DNA from: an uncultured Verrucomicrobiae bacterium
Lineage (GTDB): Bacteria; Verrucomicrobiota; Verrucomicrobiia; Chthoniobacterales; Chthoniobacteraceae
Direction: 5' to 3'
NCBI GenBank assembly: GCA_963828525.1
Contig: CAWHEP010000003.1
Location: forward strand, 50,751 to 114,750
Length of the DNA stretch: 64,000 nt
The notes beneath the pieces are model-generated. The model was not told the DNA's origin. It saw only the letters and a list, made by a program, of their open reading frames with translations, and searched no databases. Below, piece by piece: positions 1-10,024 of this stretch (positions are counted from its first letter, which is position 1; every line of letters begins with the position of its first letter). Position numbers and translations under genes: made by a program.

Positions 1-293
1 GGCGCGCGGGCGCCTTCGTCGTCCTTGCCGTCCCATGATGTGATGAGTCCGTTCAGGCCTGTTTTGAAATCCGCCACCGGCATCTCCACGCAGAGCGTTC
101 TGATCAGCTTTCCTTTCGATTCGTAGATCCCCAGGCTGATTTTTCCGTCGATGGGCGGCGGCACGAATTCGAGTCGAACCCCGCTCTCCTTGGCAGCGCT
201 CGCTGGCGTTGTCTGGGCAGGAGCCAGCGCGCTCAGCGCGAGGAACAACCCGAAAGCTCCGAGGGGGATGCGGGGCCGCGTCTTATCAGGCAT
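1..293 (-). CDS. secreted protein, N-terminal fragment running off the left edge (FlgD-Ig-like 'SWDGKDDEG' motif, tentative)
   Basis: My own reverse-strand translation from ATG at 293 gives MPDKTRPRIPLGAFGLFLALSALAPAQT... (signal-peptide-like) and stays open to base 1. It is absent from the ORF track because there is no stop in the window. The ATG overlaps the GH57 stop (ATGCCTGA). Confidence 0.45.
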   Translation of the reverse strand, partial: MPDKTRPRIPLGAFGLFLALSALAPAQTTPASAAKESGVRLEFVPPPIDGKISLGIYESKGKLIRTLCVEMPVADFKTGLNGLITSWDGKDDEGARA

Positions 294-1839
294 AGTACCG
301 CCAGTTCAGATTCGGGAAGATGTTGTCCCGCCACTCACAGTTCCGCAGAAATTCGTCGTCCGCCTGACCCCGGCTAAGCTGATCGTAAAGGCGCGTAAAC
401 CGAAGAATATGATCCTTTGTTCGCTTGGTGGCATAGGCCGAGGCTGTCCCCGTCTTCATGAGAAACGCCCAGTCGCTGGATTGCGCGAGCAGAAGTTCAC
501 GCGCGAGTTGCTTTAGCAGCCGGTCCCGCTCAGGCGACACCTCTCCGGGATGCGCTCGCGCAACCTCCGTCATGCGTCTGGCCGCAGTGTGCAGATGAGG
601 ATAAATCCAGGAGTTACTCTCATCCAGCCAGACTTCCCAATACCCCTTATGCCCCCAACTGGACGCGGAAGGAACGATCATTTGCAAGGTGGGGTGCTGT
701 TCCAGGTACCGGCTCGGAGTTGTCATCTGAAACTCATCCTGGTCGTAAGCCGATTTTCGGATGAACAGGTTGAGGAATTCCGGCCCTTCGAACCACCAGT
801 GTCCAAATAGTTCCGCGTCGAAAGGGCTGACAACTATAGGATCGATGCTCGCCGTCTGTCGCAGATGTTCGATTTGACGCGCGCGGTTCCACATGAAGTT
901 CCCCGCGTGGGCATCAGCCGCTCCCATGGCCCAGCCCCGATTATACAGGGCCTTGTCGCGCGTTCTGCCTGTGATCCGGTGGTACTTCACACCAGTGAAC
1001 TTCCGGCTCCCATCCTTTGGAAGAAACGGTTTCAGGTATTGGTGGGAAAGATCGAAGCCAATGTCCCGGTAGAAGTCCCGATACGCGGGATCTCCGGGAT
1101 AACCTTCCTCCGCGCTCCAGACCTGCCGGCTGGAATCACGGTCTCGGGCAAACACAGCAGGCCCGCTGGGTGTGAAACAGGGCGCGTAGATGGCAAATCG
1201 GGGACGCGGATTGCCAAACATCAAGCCATGAGAATCCAGAATGAACCATCGAATGTTCGCTTCCCGCAGAACATCCTCCACGCCCGCCACATAGCCGCAT
1301 TCGGGGAGCCAGATCCCCGCCGGTTCTGATCCAAAACACTCCCGGTGATAATCCCTGGCAATGAAGATTTGCGCCCTTACGGCTTCCGGGAAATTCTGCA
1401 TCAGCGGGAGAAATCCATGTGTCGCCGCGCATGTGATGATTTCGAGCACTCCCGCAGTTTGCAAACCCGCGAATACGGAAATCAGGTCACGCTTCCACAC
1501 GTCCACGTATAGGCGGCGACACTCCCTGAAGCGCTCAAGATACATTCGCGCGACTTCGTTCATGGGCGGCTCATCCGTCGTCCGCTGACATTCACTCTCC
1601 GCCAGTGTGATCGCCCGCTCGATGTAGCGGATGTAGCGTTCCTGTAATAGAGAGTCTCGCAGCATCGATACCAGCGGCGGCGTGAGCGACATCGTCACCT
1701 TGAAGGGCACCCCGTCATTGACCATGCGATCAAAGATTGCCAGCAGGGGCAGATACGTTTCTGTAATGGCCTCGTACAGCCAATCCTCCTCTAAAAATTC
1801 CTCGGTACTCGGGATGCCGCACGTAAGGAAGATGCGCAT
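286..1839 (-). CDS. glycoside hydrolase family 57 alpha-glucan enzyme (branching-enzyme-like, DUF1957 type)
   Basis: 517-aa ORF with ATG at 1839. The N-terminus MRIFLTCGIPSTEEFLEEDWLYEAITETYLPLL and the overall length match GH57 branching enzymes as I recall them. Confidence 0.75.
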   Translation of the reverse strand: MRIFLTCGIPSTEEFLEEDWLYEAITETYLPLLAIFDRMVNDGVPFKVTMSLTPPLVSMLRDSLLQERYIRYIERAITLAESECQRTTDEPPMNEVARMYLERFRECRRLYVDVWKRDLISVFAGLQTAGVLEIITCAATHGFLPLMQNFPEAVRAQIFIARDYHRECFGSEPAGIWLPECGYVAGVEDVLREANIRWFILDSHGLMFGNPRPRFAIYAPCFTPSGPAVFARDRDSSRQVWSAEEGYPGDPAYRDFYRDIGFDLSHQYLKPFLPKDGSRKFTGVKYHRITGRTRDKALYNRGWAMGAADAHAGNFMWNRARQIEHLRQTASIDPIVVSPFDAELFGHWWFEGPEFLNLFIRKSAYDQDEFQMTTPSRYLEQHPTLQMIVPSASSWGHKGYWEVWLDESNSWIYPHLHTAARRMTEVARAHPGEVSPERDRLLKQLARELLLAQSSDWAFLMKTGTASAYATKRTKDHILRFTRLYDQLSRGQADDEFLRNCEWRDNIFPNLNWRYYA

Positions 1840-2019
1840 GGAGCAGGAGAGCTAGATACCCCGTGGACATGGAGGTAGAAGGTGTATTCCGGATAGTGGC
1901 TTGTCCAGAGCAACCGTCAGAAAGAAAACCCTGTTAAACAGCTACGTCCGGTTGTTTTCTGAAGGCCGATGATATTGGTGCAGCCAGCAATGATTGCAGG
2001 CTCAAACCGAAAACATAAT

Positions 2020-2538
2020 ATGAAAAAACTTACTTTCGCCACACTCACCCTCCTTGCCGCGATTGGCCTGCCTCAAGCTGGCTTTGCAGGAGAGCCCAAG
2101 CCCCTTAGCAGCAAAGACATGATGTTCATGAAGAAGGCAGCCGCTGGCGGGATGTTCGAGGTTCAGGCTGGAGAATGCGCGCAGAAAATGGGTATGAGCG
2201 ACGATGTCAAGACGATGGGCGAGCATCTCGTAAAGGACCACTCGGAAGCAAACACACAGCTCATGAGCCTGGCAAAGTCGAAGAGCGTGGAGCTTCCCAC
2301 AAAGCCTTCCAAAATGGAGCGGTCCGAGCTTGAAACCTTGAAGATGGCCAAGGGCGCGGATTTCGACAAGCAGTTTGCCGCCATCATGGTCAAGGATCAC
2401 AACGAAGACATCGCTGATTTCCAAAAGGAGAGTGAGATGACAAAGGATGCGGATCTAAAGGAGTTTGTGGACAAGACCGTTCCTGTGCTGAAGATGCATC
2501 TTCAGATGGCGGAGAAAGCAAGCGGCGCCTCGAAGTAG
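2020..2538 (+). CDS. DUF4142-family periplasmic protein
   Basis: In-frame ATG at 2020 gives the signal peptide MKKLTFATLTLLAAIGLPQAGFA. The helical motif is repeated (GEHLVKDHSEAN / AAIMVKDHNEDI), which is typical of DUF4142. Confidence 0.7.
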   Translation: MKKLTFATLTLLAAIGLPQAGFAGEPKPLSSKDMMFMKKAAAGGMFEVQAGECAQKMGMSDDVKTMGEHLVKDHSEANTQLMSLAKSKSVELPTKPSKMERSELETLKMAKGADFDKQFAAIMVKDHNEDIADFQKESEMTKDADLKEFVDKTVPVLKMHLQMAEKASGASK

Positions 2539-2560
2539 CTAAGCCATTCGTGGTTTTGAC

Positions 2561-2593
2561 GGGCGCGATCTTTGGATCGCGCCCGCTTTGTTT
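2561..2593. terminator. intrinsic terminator hairpin between convergent genes
   Basis: GGGCGCGATC-TTTG-GATCGCGCCC forms a perfect 10-bp stem (2561-2584), followed by GCTTTGTTT. Confidence 0.55.
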
Positions 2594-2608
2594 ACGATCG
2601 ACGCGGTG

Positions 2609-3496
2609 TTACGAGTGAGGGTTCGCGAACTGCCGGTTTACGTAGGCCCGCACGGCTTCCTGCCATAAACGAGGCTCTCTACCAAGCAGCTTTGCGAGCT
2701 TGGCTGTTGACATGACGCTGTTCACAGGCCGTTTTGCGACGAACGCAAGCAACTCTGCCATCTTCAGTGGCTCCACATGTTCCGTCTTCAACCTGACCCC
2801 GGCATCCTTAGCGCACGCGAGGGCAAACTGCCCATACTCCTGCCAGGTACATCTTCCGTCATTACATATGTGGAGCGTTCCCGCTTCGGGGAGATCGCGC
2901 AGCATAGGGAGAAGATACTCCGCTATGTCCAACGTGTACCAGGGGACCGCCCATTTGTCACCGATGGCTTCCACGCGCTCTTCAATCATGGCCCGCTTTA
3001 TGATGCCATCGACGAAACTGGCCCGGTCGGGTCCGAACACCCAGGACACCCGGACGCAGAGGTGTCTTGCGGAAACGGCGCGCAACTGTTCCTCGCCCGC
3101 AAGTTTTGAGCGCCCGTAGATGCTAATGGGAATCGCGGGATCAATTTCGCTGTATGAGGTTTGTTTTTGACCATCAAAAACGTAGTCTGTGCTGATGTGG
3201 ATCATGCGGGCATTGTTCCTCTCGCACGCCTCGGCCATATCTCTCACCGCGAACGCGTTGATCCTCATTGCTTCAGACTCATGCGTCTCGCAGTAATCCA
3301 CGTTGGTGAGCGCGGCGCAGTTGATCAATACGTCAAATTCCAGCTGCGCCAGGCTCTGGTGGATGGCCTCGCTCGATTCCAAATTGAGCCGCGCGCGATT
3401 GAAGCCTGTGACATCGCACGTTGCACCGAATTCACGCGCCAGAGCAGCTCCCAACCGGCCTCCGCTTCCGACGACAACAACGCCAAGTTTGCTCAT
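2609..3496 (-). CDS. rfbD: dTDP-4-dehydrorhamnose reductase
   Basis: 295 aa with Rossmann motif VVVVGSGGRLGAAL, plus STDYVFDG and YGRSKLAGE (YxxxK). Confidence 0.85.
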   Translation of the reverse strand: MSKLGVVVVGSGGRLGAALAREFGATCDVTGFNRARLNLESSEAIHQSLAQLEFDVLINCAALTNVDYCETHESEAMRINAFAVRDMAEACERNNARMIHISTDYVFDGQKQTSYSEIDPAIPISIYGRSKLAGEEQLRAVSARHLCVRVSWVFGPDRASFVDGIIKRAMIEERVEAIGDKWAVPWYTLDIAEYLLPMLRDLPEAGTLHICNDGRCTWQEYGQFALACAKDAGVRLKTEHVEPLKMAELLAFVAKRPVNSVMSTAKLAKLLGREPRLWQEAVRAYVNRQFANPHS

Positions 3497-3514
3497 GCTT
3501 CGACGCCCGGCGTC

Positions 3515-4489
3515 TCAGGCGACGGTCTTCTCCCACCACGCGCGGTTGGCGACATACCAGTCGATTGTCGCGGCGATCCCTTCACCAGGGCGACGCAGTG
3601 GCTTCCAGCTAAGCTCATTGCGGATTTTTGAGGAATCAATCGCGTATCTCCGATCATGGCCCAGCCGGTCTGTCACATACCGGATGAGTTCCTTCGGCTT
3701 GCCCAGATGTTCCAGGATCATGTTTACCACATCGATATTCTTCATCTCGCCATCTGACCCGATGTTGTAGACTTCCCCCGGCTTGCCATCCAGCAACACA
3801 GAGAACACAGCGGCGCAGTGATCCTCAACGTGGATCCAATCACGAACGTTGAGCCCGTCTCCATACACCGGAAGCGGCTTGTCCCGCAGCGCGTTTATGA
3901 TCATGAGCGGAATCAGCTTCTCCGGAAATTGATATGGCCCGTAGTTATTCGAGCAGCGGGTAATCACAACTTCCTGCCCGTAGGTTCGGTAACAGGCAAG
4001 CGCCAATAGATCAGCAGACGCTTTGCTCGCGGAATATGGTGAGCTCGGCTCGATTGGGGAGTGCTCCGTGAACTGCCCTTCGGGTCCGAGCGATCCGTAA
4101 ACCTCATCGGTTGAAATTTGCACAAACCTCCTGACGCCATGGCGGCGGGCACAGTCCAAGAGGACGCTGGTTCCCACCACGTTGCTGTGAATGAAGTTCT
4201 GAGGCGAGTTAATGCTCCGGTCGACATGTGACTCCGCGGCGAAGTTCACGACGGCAAAGAATTGGTGCTGGCTCATGAGGGCGTCCATCTGCTCGGAGTT
4301 GGCGATGTCTGCCTTATGAAACTCGTAACGATCCCCGAAACGCTCCGCAAGACGCGCGACATTCCCGCTGTTTCCCGCATAGGTCAGGGCGTCCACGTTT
4401 GTGATGAACTCAGGCTTATAGTGGCTGAGGACGTAACGGATGAAATTACTTCCGATGAATCCACATCCGCCAGTTACGAGTAGTCGCAT
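3515..4489 (-). CDS. rfbB: dTDP-glucose 4,6-dehydratase
   Basis: Motifs LLVTGGCGFIGSNF, STDEVYG and YSASKASADLL. I prefer the ATG at 4489 over the TTG at 4507 used by the ORF track. Confidence 0.9.
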   Translation of the reverse strand: MRLLVTGGCGFIGSNFIRYVLSHYKPEFITNVDALTYAGNSGNVARLAERFGDRYEFHKADIANSEQMDALMSQHQFFAVVNFAAESHVDRSINSPQNFIHSNVVGTSVLLDCARRHGVRRFVQISTDEVYGSLGPEGQFTEHSPIEPSSPYSASKASADLLALACYRTYGQEVVITRCSNNYGPYQFPEKLIPLMIINALRDKPLPVYGDGLNVRDWIHVEDHCAAVFSVLLDGKPGEVYNIGSDGEMKNIDVVNMILEHLGKPKELIRYVTDRLGHDRRYAIDSSKIRNELSWKPLRRPGEGIAATIDWYVANRAWWEKTVA

Positions 4490-4555
4490 CCCGCAGTTAT
4501 CTACCAATCCGTTTCAGGGGGAGCTAGAACTTTCTGGGTTCGCGGACGTGGATGC

Positions 4556-6557
4556 CTAAAACTGCGCGCTGACACGCCACTCGTCTAGGAGCGGCTTCGG
4601 AACCTCGCTCAAGAACCGCGAGGGGCGCTGGAATGTCTCTCCGTAGCCCGCGCCCAGTCGCATGATCGGATAGGTCATATAGAGCTCGTCTCTTGCGCGG
4701 GTTACGGCCACATAGAAGAGGCGCCGTTCCTCTTCGATTGCTTCATCGGACTCGAGGGAGCGGGCGCTTGGAAACATGCCGTCCGCCATCCAGATGAGAA
4801 AAACAACCTTCCACTCAAGCCCCTTGGCCTGGTGGATGGAGGAAAGGATGACCATCTCGTTATCCCGCTCTCCACCGCCAAGTTCGGTCTCCGTCTCCAG
4901 ACCGCTCACCAGCGCGAGCTGATCGAGGAACAGGTGAGGATCATCATATTGCCTGGCGTACTCACTCAGTGTCCGGAGATCCTCCCGGCGCGCCTCGTAG
5001 TTGGAGAACTTTGACTTGAGGTAATCGTCATAGATTGCCTCGAGCACGGATTCAAGCATCAGAGCGGGGGGGCGCGGCTTTCCACCCGGAGCGATTTCGT
5101 CAAACGTGCAGACGAGCTGCTTCCAGGCTTTTGCGCTCCTGGCAGTCACGCGAACCGGTTCCAGGAGCTTTGCGAAGGAAGAGATCGGACCGTTCGTCCC
5201 CTCCCCCACTTGCTTCCAAATCTGTTCCGCGGAACGCGCGCCGATGCCCGGCAAGAGGCGAACCACGCGCTTCAATGCCACTTCATCTCGCGGGTTCACG
5301 ACAAATTTCAGGAAGGCCGCGGCGTCCTTTACATGAGCTTGCTCGAAAAACCGCAAGCCGCTGGTGATTTGGAACGGCACGCCGTGCCGGGTGAGTTCCA
5401 TCTGCACCTCCATCGAGTGGTAATGTGCCCGATAGAGGATGGCAATTTCATCAAGTTCGCAACCTTCGTCACGTAGCTCCAGAACGCGTTGCGCGACAAA
5501 CAAGGCTTGCTGTCTTGAGTCGCCGAGCGGCACAAGCGCGGGCCTGGAATCACTCACCGCGCGGTGCGGTTGCAGCTCCTTTTTGAACTGCCGGACGTTG
5601 TTCGAGATGACCGCGTTTGCGACGGACAGTATTTCCGGGACACTCCGGTAGTTGATCTCGATCTTGTAAACGGAGGCGCGCGGGTAACGCTTTGGAAAAT
5701 CCAGGATGTTCTGAAAGTTCGCGCCCCGCCAGGAATAGATCGACTGCGCGTCATCGCCAACCACCATGATGTTGCCGTGATTGGCCGCGAGGGAGTCGAT
5801 GAAATCCGCCTGCAGCTTATTTGTATCCTGGTACTCATCCACCAGGATGAATTGGAACTGGTAGCGGTACATTTCAGCGACCTTTTCGTCGCTTCGGAGC
5901 AGTTCCAGCGGCTTCTCCAGTAAATCATCGAAATCCAGGGAATTCGCCGACTTCTTCCTTTCCTCGTACCCGGAGGCGCATGTTCTCGATCTGTGGCAGG
6001 AGAGGCAGGAAGTAACTGTATTTCGATTCGAGAACCTCTCCGAGCGAGCGGTTTGTGTTAATGGAGAAACTGAAGATATCGGCCAGAATCTCCCCTTTCG
6101 GGAAGCGTTTATCTTTCGGATCGAGGCCAGAAGTGGCTATGACGGAGTCCAGCAGATCTTGCTGATCCTCGCGATCCATGATCGAAAAACCGTTCTGGAA
6201 TCCAGCTGAAACAGCATGGCGGCGGAGCATACGATTGCCGATGGAGTGGAAGGTCCCGCCCCAAAGCCCTGCTGTCTCATGCGGGACGAGCGCGGAGACG
6301 CGATCCAGCATCTCGCGCGCCGCTTTGTTGGTAAAGGTTACAAGCAGGATGTTGTTGGGCGCTATGCCGTTCTCGATGAGGTAGGCGACCCTGTAGATGA
6401 GAGTGCGTGTCTTACCGCTGCCGGCTCCTGCTATCACGAGCGCTGGCCCGGGTGGCGCTGTTACGGCGGCATGCTGTTGCGGATTGAGCTCGGCCGCGAA
6501 GTCGATCCTCGGGACCTCCGCCATTGGACGGCGTTTCAGCGTATACTCCCGTGCCAT
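4556..6557 (-). pseudogene. uvrD: UvrD/PcrA-family ATP-dependent DNA helicase, interrupted by one +1 frameshift at 5969-5971
   Basis: The N-terminal ORF 5925-6557 carries Walker A AGAGSGKTRTL. The C-terminal ORF 4556-5872 carries ILVDEYQDTN and VGDDAQSIYSWRGA. Skipping one G of the GGG run restores ...ENMRLRYEERKKSANSLDFDDLLEKPLELLRSDEKVAEMYRYQF... Confidence 0.85.
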
Positions 6558-6562
6558 CTGAA

Positions 6563-7273
6563 TCAGACGCCGCCGAGGTAGGCGTTTCGCACCTTTTCGT
6601 TTCTGCGCAGTTCCGCGGACTGCGCCTCCATGATAATCTTTCCTGTTTCCATGACATACCCGTAGTCCGAAATCTCCAGCGCCAGATTCGCGTTTTGCTC
6701 TACCAGCAGCACGGTCAGGGAAAGTTGTTTGTTAATCTCTACGATCTTCGAAAAAATCGTTTTCACCAGTAGCGGCGCTATGCCCAGGGATGGCTCATCC
6801 AGCATCAGGCACTTGGGTTTGCTCATCAGCGCCCGCCCGATGGCGAGCATCTGTTGTTCTCCTCCCGAGAGAGTTCCGGCTGTCTGCTTTTCGCGTTCTC
6901 GCAACCGCGGGAACATGCTGAAGATGAAATCGAAGTCCTCGGCAAATCTCTTCTTATCCCGCCGGAGATAGGCTCCCATCAACAAGTTCTCCCTGACTGT
7001 AAGGTTCGCGAAGACCATGCGTCCTTCCGGAACCTGCGAGAGCCCCATCCCAACGATCTTGTGCGCAGCCCGGTTGGTGATGTTTTCGCCTTCGAACGTG
7101 ATGGAGCCCGACGCGGCTTTCAGCAGCCCGGAAATAGCCCGCAACGCTGTCGTCTTTCCAGCGCCATTCGCGCCGATAAGGGTAACAATGGAACCCTTTG
7201 CCACATTCAACGAGAGGCCTTGCAGCGCAACAATCGACCCATAGGCGACCTGAAGATTCTCTACTGCGAGCAT
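6563..7273 (-). CDS. livF: branched-chain amino acid ABC transporter ATP-binding protein
   Basis: Walker A GANGAGKTT, signature LSGGEQQMLAIGRAL, Walker B LMLDEPSLG. Its start overlaps the livG stop by 13 nt. Confidence 0.85.
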   Translation of the reverse strand: MLAVENLQVAYGSIVALQGLSLNVAKGSIVTLIGANGAGKTTALRAISGLLKAASGSITFEGENITNRAAHKIVGMGLSQVPEGRMVFANLTVRENLLMGAYLRRDKKRFAEDFDFIFSMFPRLREREKQTAGTLSGGEQQMLAIGRALMSKPKCLMLDEPSLGIAPLLVKTIFSKIVEINKQLSLTVLLVEQNANLALEISDYGYVMETGKIIMEAQSAELRRNEKVRNAYLGGV

Positions 7274-8055
7274 GCTGGGTTCAAAGATGAGGATTCAGGC
7301 CCGAGGTAAGCCTCGATGACCTTCGGGTTACACTTTATTTCCGATGGCGAACCCTCGGCGATTTTCACGCCATAATCGAGCACAGCGATCCTTTCGCAAA
7401 TGCCCATGACCACCCGCATATCGTGCTCCACCAGCAGCACGGCGATGCTGAACTTTTCCTGTGTGAACCGGATCAGGCGCATCAGTTCCTGCTTTTCAGT
7501 CGGGTTCATGCCAGCAGCCGGCTCATCGAGCAGGAGAAGCTTCGGTTTGGTTGCCAGCGCGCGCACAATTTCCAGACGCCGTTGGTCCCCATAAGGGAGG
7601 CTCTTGCACATGGACTCGCGCGCGTGGCTGAGACCGAAAATTTCCAGCAACTCCATAACTTCCCTGTCAACGCGCCCTTCCTCACGCAAAAACCCGGGGC
7701 CCCGCCACAATGCGTGAGCAATGCCGTGGCTGAGGCGCATATTGAGAGCCGCCCTTACGTTGTCGAAAACGGATAGCGAATCAAAAAGGCGGATGTTTTG
7801 GAAAGTGCGAGCTATCCCTCGAGCCGTGATCTTGTACGGTCGTTTGCCCTTCACGGACTTGCCCTCAAACATTATCTCTCCCGCAGTCGGCGCATAGACA
7901 CCGGTGATGAGATTGAAGACCGTCGTCTTCCCCGCGCCGTTCGGTCCGATGATCCCTACCATTTCACCGCCCGCAATTTCCAGGTTTAAGGCGGATACTG
8001 CCTTGAGGCCACCGAACTGGACGGTGCAATCCCGGAGACTCAGAAGTTCACTCAT
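7261..8055 (-). CDS. livG: branched-chain amino acid ABC transporter ATP-binding protein
   Basis: Motifs GPNGAGKTT, LPYGDQRRLEIVRAL and LLLDEPAAGMN. I moved the start to ATG 8055 (MSELLSL...), which forms an ATGA overlap with the livM stop. The longer track ORF reaching 8235 is an upstream read-through. Confidence 0.85.
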   Translation of the reverse strand: MSELLSLRDCTVQFGGLKAVSALNLEIAGGEMVGIIGPNGAGKTTVFNLITGVYAPTAGEIMFEGKSVKGKRPYKITARGIARTFQNIRLFDSLSVFDNVRAALNMRLSHGIAHALWRGPGFLREEGRVDREVMELLEIFGLSHARESMCKSLPYGDQRRLEIVRALATKPKLLLLDEPAAGMNPTEKQELMRLIRFTQEKFSIAVLLVEHDMRVVMGICERIAVLDYGVKIAEGSPSEIKCNPKVIEAYLGPESSSLNPACSQ

Positions 8056-9062
8056 GCTGGCTTCTTGCTTGCGCCCGGAAGGAAGCGGCGCAACCCACCT
8101 AAGCCGCCAAAAAGGCCCTGGGGACGGACAAGCATCAGCAGAATAAGGAGGAGCGAATAGATTATCATCCGGTTTTGAGCGATGCTTCGCAGCCAGGCCG
8201 GGAGGAACCCAAATCCGGCCACGGTCCGCAACCATTCTGGAAGAATTGTCAGCAGGATGGCGGCGAATACAACTCCCGCGGTATTTCCCATGCCCCCGAG
8301 GATCACCATTACAACGATATCAACCGACTTGAAAAAGTCGAAGCCATCGGGGCTGATGAATTGTTTGAAGTGCGCGTAAAGAGCCCCCGCGACGCCTGCG
8401 AAGAACGCGCCCAAAGTAAAAGCAAGGACCTTGTACTTGGTCGTATTTATCCCCATGGCCTCGGCGGCGATCTCATCATCCCGCACCGTCAGAAATCCTC
8501 GCCCATAGGTGGAAGCCACCAGCATTGTAACGACATAAACCGCGATGGAAGCCACCGCGAAGGTCCAGAAGAAGTTTGTGTAACCCGAGGGAACGGAGAA
8601 GCCCCGCGAGGCTCCCACAGCATCCGTGTTCTGAATAACGACCACTATGATCTGTCCGAAACCGAGCGTGACAATGGCAAGATAATCTCCCTTTAGCCGC
8701 AGAGAGGGAACTCCCACGATCAGTCCCGCGAGGGCGGCGGCGACGCCCCCAGCGCTAAGAGCGGTCAGGAACATGACCGCTATCGAGAAAACACCGGGAC
8801 CTCCAAGATGCAAAAGGAACGGGCCGGAGAGAAAAGTGGTGAAGGCGGCGGCGGTGTAGGCGCCCACCGCCATGAATCCGGCATGGCCGAGCGAGAATTG
8901 GCCGGTGTAGCCGTTCACCAGGTTCAGGCTTACGGCCAGGATGATGTTAATCCCGATGGAGAGGATGACGTCGTAATAGTAGGGGTTGATCGAACCTTCA
9001 AACTTCGAAACGACGAAGCTGAGCGCGAGAGCCAGAAGGAGATAGGTCCGGGGATGACGCAT
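8052..9062 (-). CDS. livM: branched-chain amino acid ABC transporter permease
   Basis: 336-aa multi-pass membrane protein lying between livH and livG, with translational coupling at both ends. Confidence 0.8.
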   Translation of the reverse strand: MRHPRTYLLLALALSFVVSKFEGSINPYYYDVILSIGINIILAVSLNLVNGYTGQFSLGHAGFMAVGAYTAAAFTTFLSGPFLLHLGGPGVFSIAVMFLTALSAGGVAAALAGLIVGVPSLRLKGDYLAIVTLGFGQIIVVVIQNTDAVGASRGFSVPSGYTNFFWTFAVASIAVYVVTMLVASTYGRGFLTVRDDEIAAEAMGINTTKYKVLAFTLGAFFAGVAGALYAHFKQFISPDGFDFFKSVDIVVMVILGGMGNTAGVVFAAILLTILPEWLRTVAGFGFLPAWLRSIAQNRMIIYSLLLILLMLVRPQGLFGGLGGLRRFLPGASKKPA

Positions 9063-9982
9063 CAGACTTTCTCGCGTTCCACTTTCCCGAGGAGACCAGC
9101 GGGTTTGAATAACAAGATGAGAATGAGGATGGCAAAAGCGACCGCGTCCCGGTAGGTGGAGGGGATGTGGAGCAGATCGCTGTAGCCAACTACCAGCGTT
9201 TCCACAAGGCCGATAATCAGGCCCCCGAGCGCCGCGCCAGGGATATTTCCTATCCCTCCGAGGACGGCCGCGACGAACGCTTTAAGGCCGGGAAGAATAC
9301 CCATGAGGGGGTCTATGGACGGGTAGCTGATGGAATACAGGATGCCAGCGGCAGCGGCAAGGGCAGATCCCAAGCCAAATGTGAACGAGATCACGACATC
9401 GTTATTGATGCCCATCAAAGATGCGGCCGCCGGGTTGAACGCCAGCGCGCGCATGGCCATTCCCATCTTTGTCTTCACGACCACCCATCGCAGAGCCACC
9501 AGGAGCACGAGAGTCACACCGATCACCAGAACCTGGCTCACGGTGACCGTGAGATCACCCAGGCCCGCTATCGCATGGTCATCTATGATCTCAGGAAACG
9601 GCTTCGGATCAGGCCCGAAGACAAACTGGCCGGCGTTCTCCAGGAACAGGGAGACGCCTATCGCGGTGATGAGAACCGTCAGCCTCGGGCGGTTCCGCAG
9701 AGGCCTGTACACGAGCTTCTCGATAATGACGCCAATCGCGGCGCAGATGAGCATTGAAGCAATAAGAACGCATATCCCACCCGTGATTGACTGCTCTCCA
9801 AACAGCCGGGCGAACCTTGGATACAGGTAATACCCAGCGAACGCTCCCAGCATGTAGATATCTCCGTGGGCGAAGTTGATGAATCGCAGGACCCCATAAA
9901 CCATCGTGTACCCGAGAGCGATAAGGGCATAGATAGCGCCGAGGGACAGGCCGTTTATAACCTGCTGGAGAAACTCCGTCAT
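9062..9982 (-). CDS. livH: branched-chain amino acid ABC transporter permease
   Basis: 306 aa with the LivH-type N-terminus FLQQVINGLSLGAIYALIALGYTMVYG. Confidence 0.85.
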   Translation of the reverse strand: MTEFLQQVINGLSLGAIYALIALGYTMVYGVLRFINFAHGDIYMLGAFAGYYLYPRFARLFGEQSITGGICVLIASMLICAAIGVIIEKLVYRPLRNRPRLTVLITAIGVSLFLENAGQFVFGPDPKPFPEIIDDHAIAGLGDLTVTVSQVLVIGVTLVLLVALRWVVVKTKMGMAMRALAFNPAAASLMGINNDVVISFTFGLGSALAAAAGILYSISYPSIDPLMGILPGLKAFVAAVLGGIGNIPGAALGGLIIGLVETLVVGYSDLLHIPSTYRDAVAFAILILILLFKPAGLLGKVEREKV

Positions 9983-10024
9983 CTCGACAGATGGCGCGCG
10001 GCTCGGATATTGAGAGACTGCGAC

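Noticed and set aside
8056-8235. 60-codon N-terminal extension of livG. Similar extensions occur at tal (27111-27308), the Wzt-like gene (26235-26381) and mrdA (19424-19537).
   Set aside because: The extensions overlap the preceding gene or the promoter region. The conserved N-termini start at internal ATGs that give tight coupling or a good SD.
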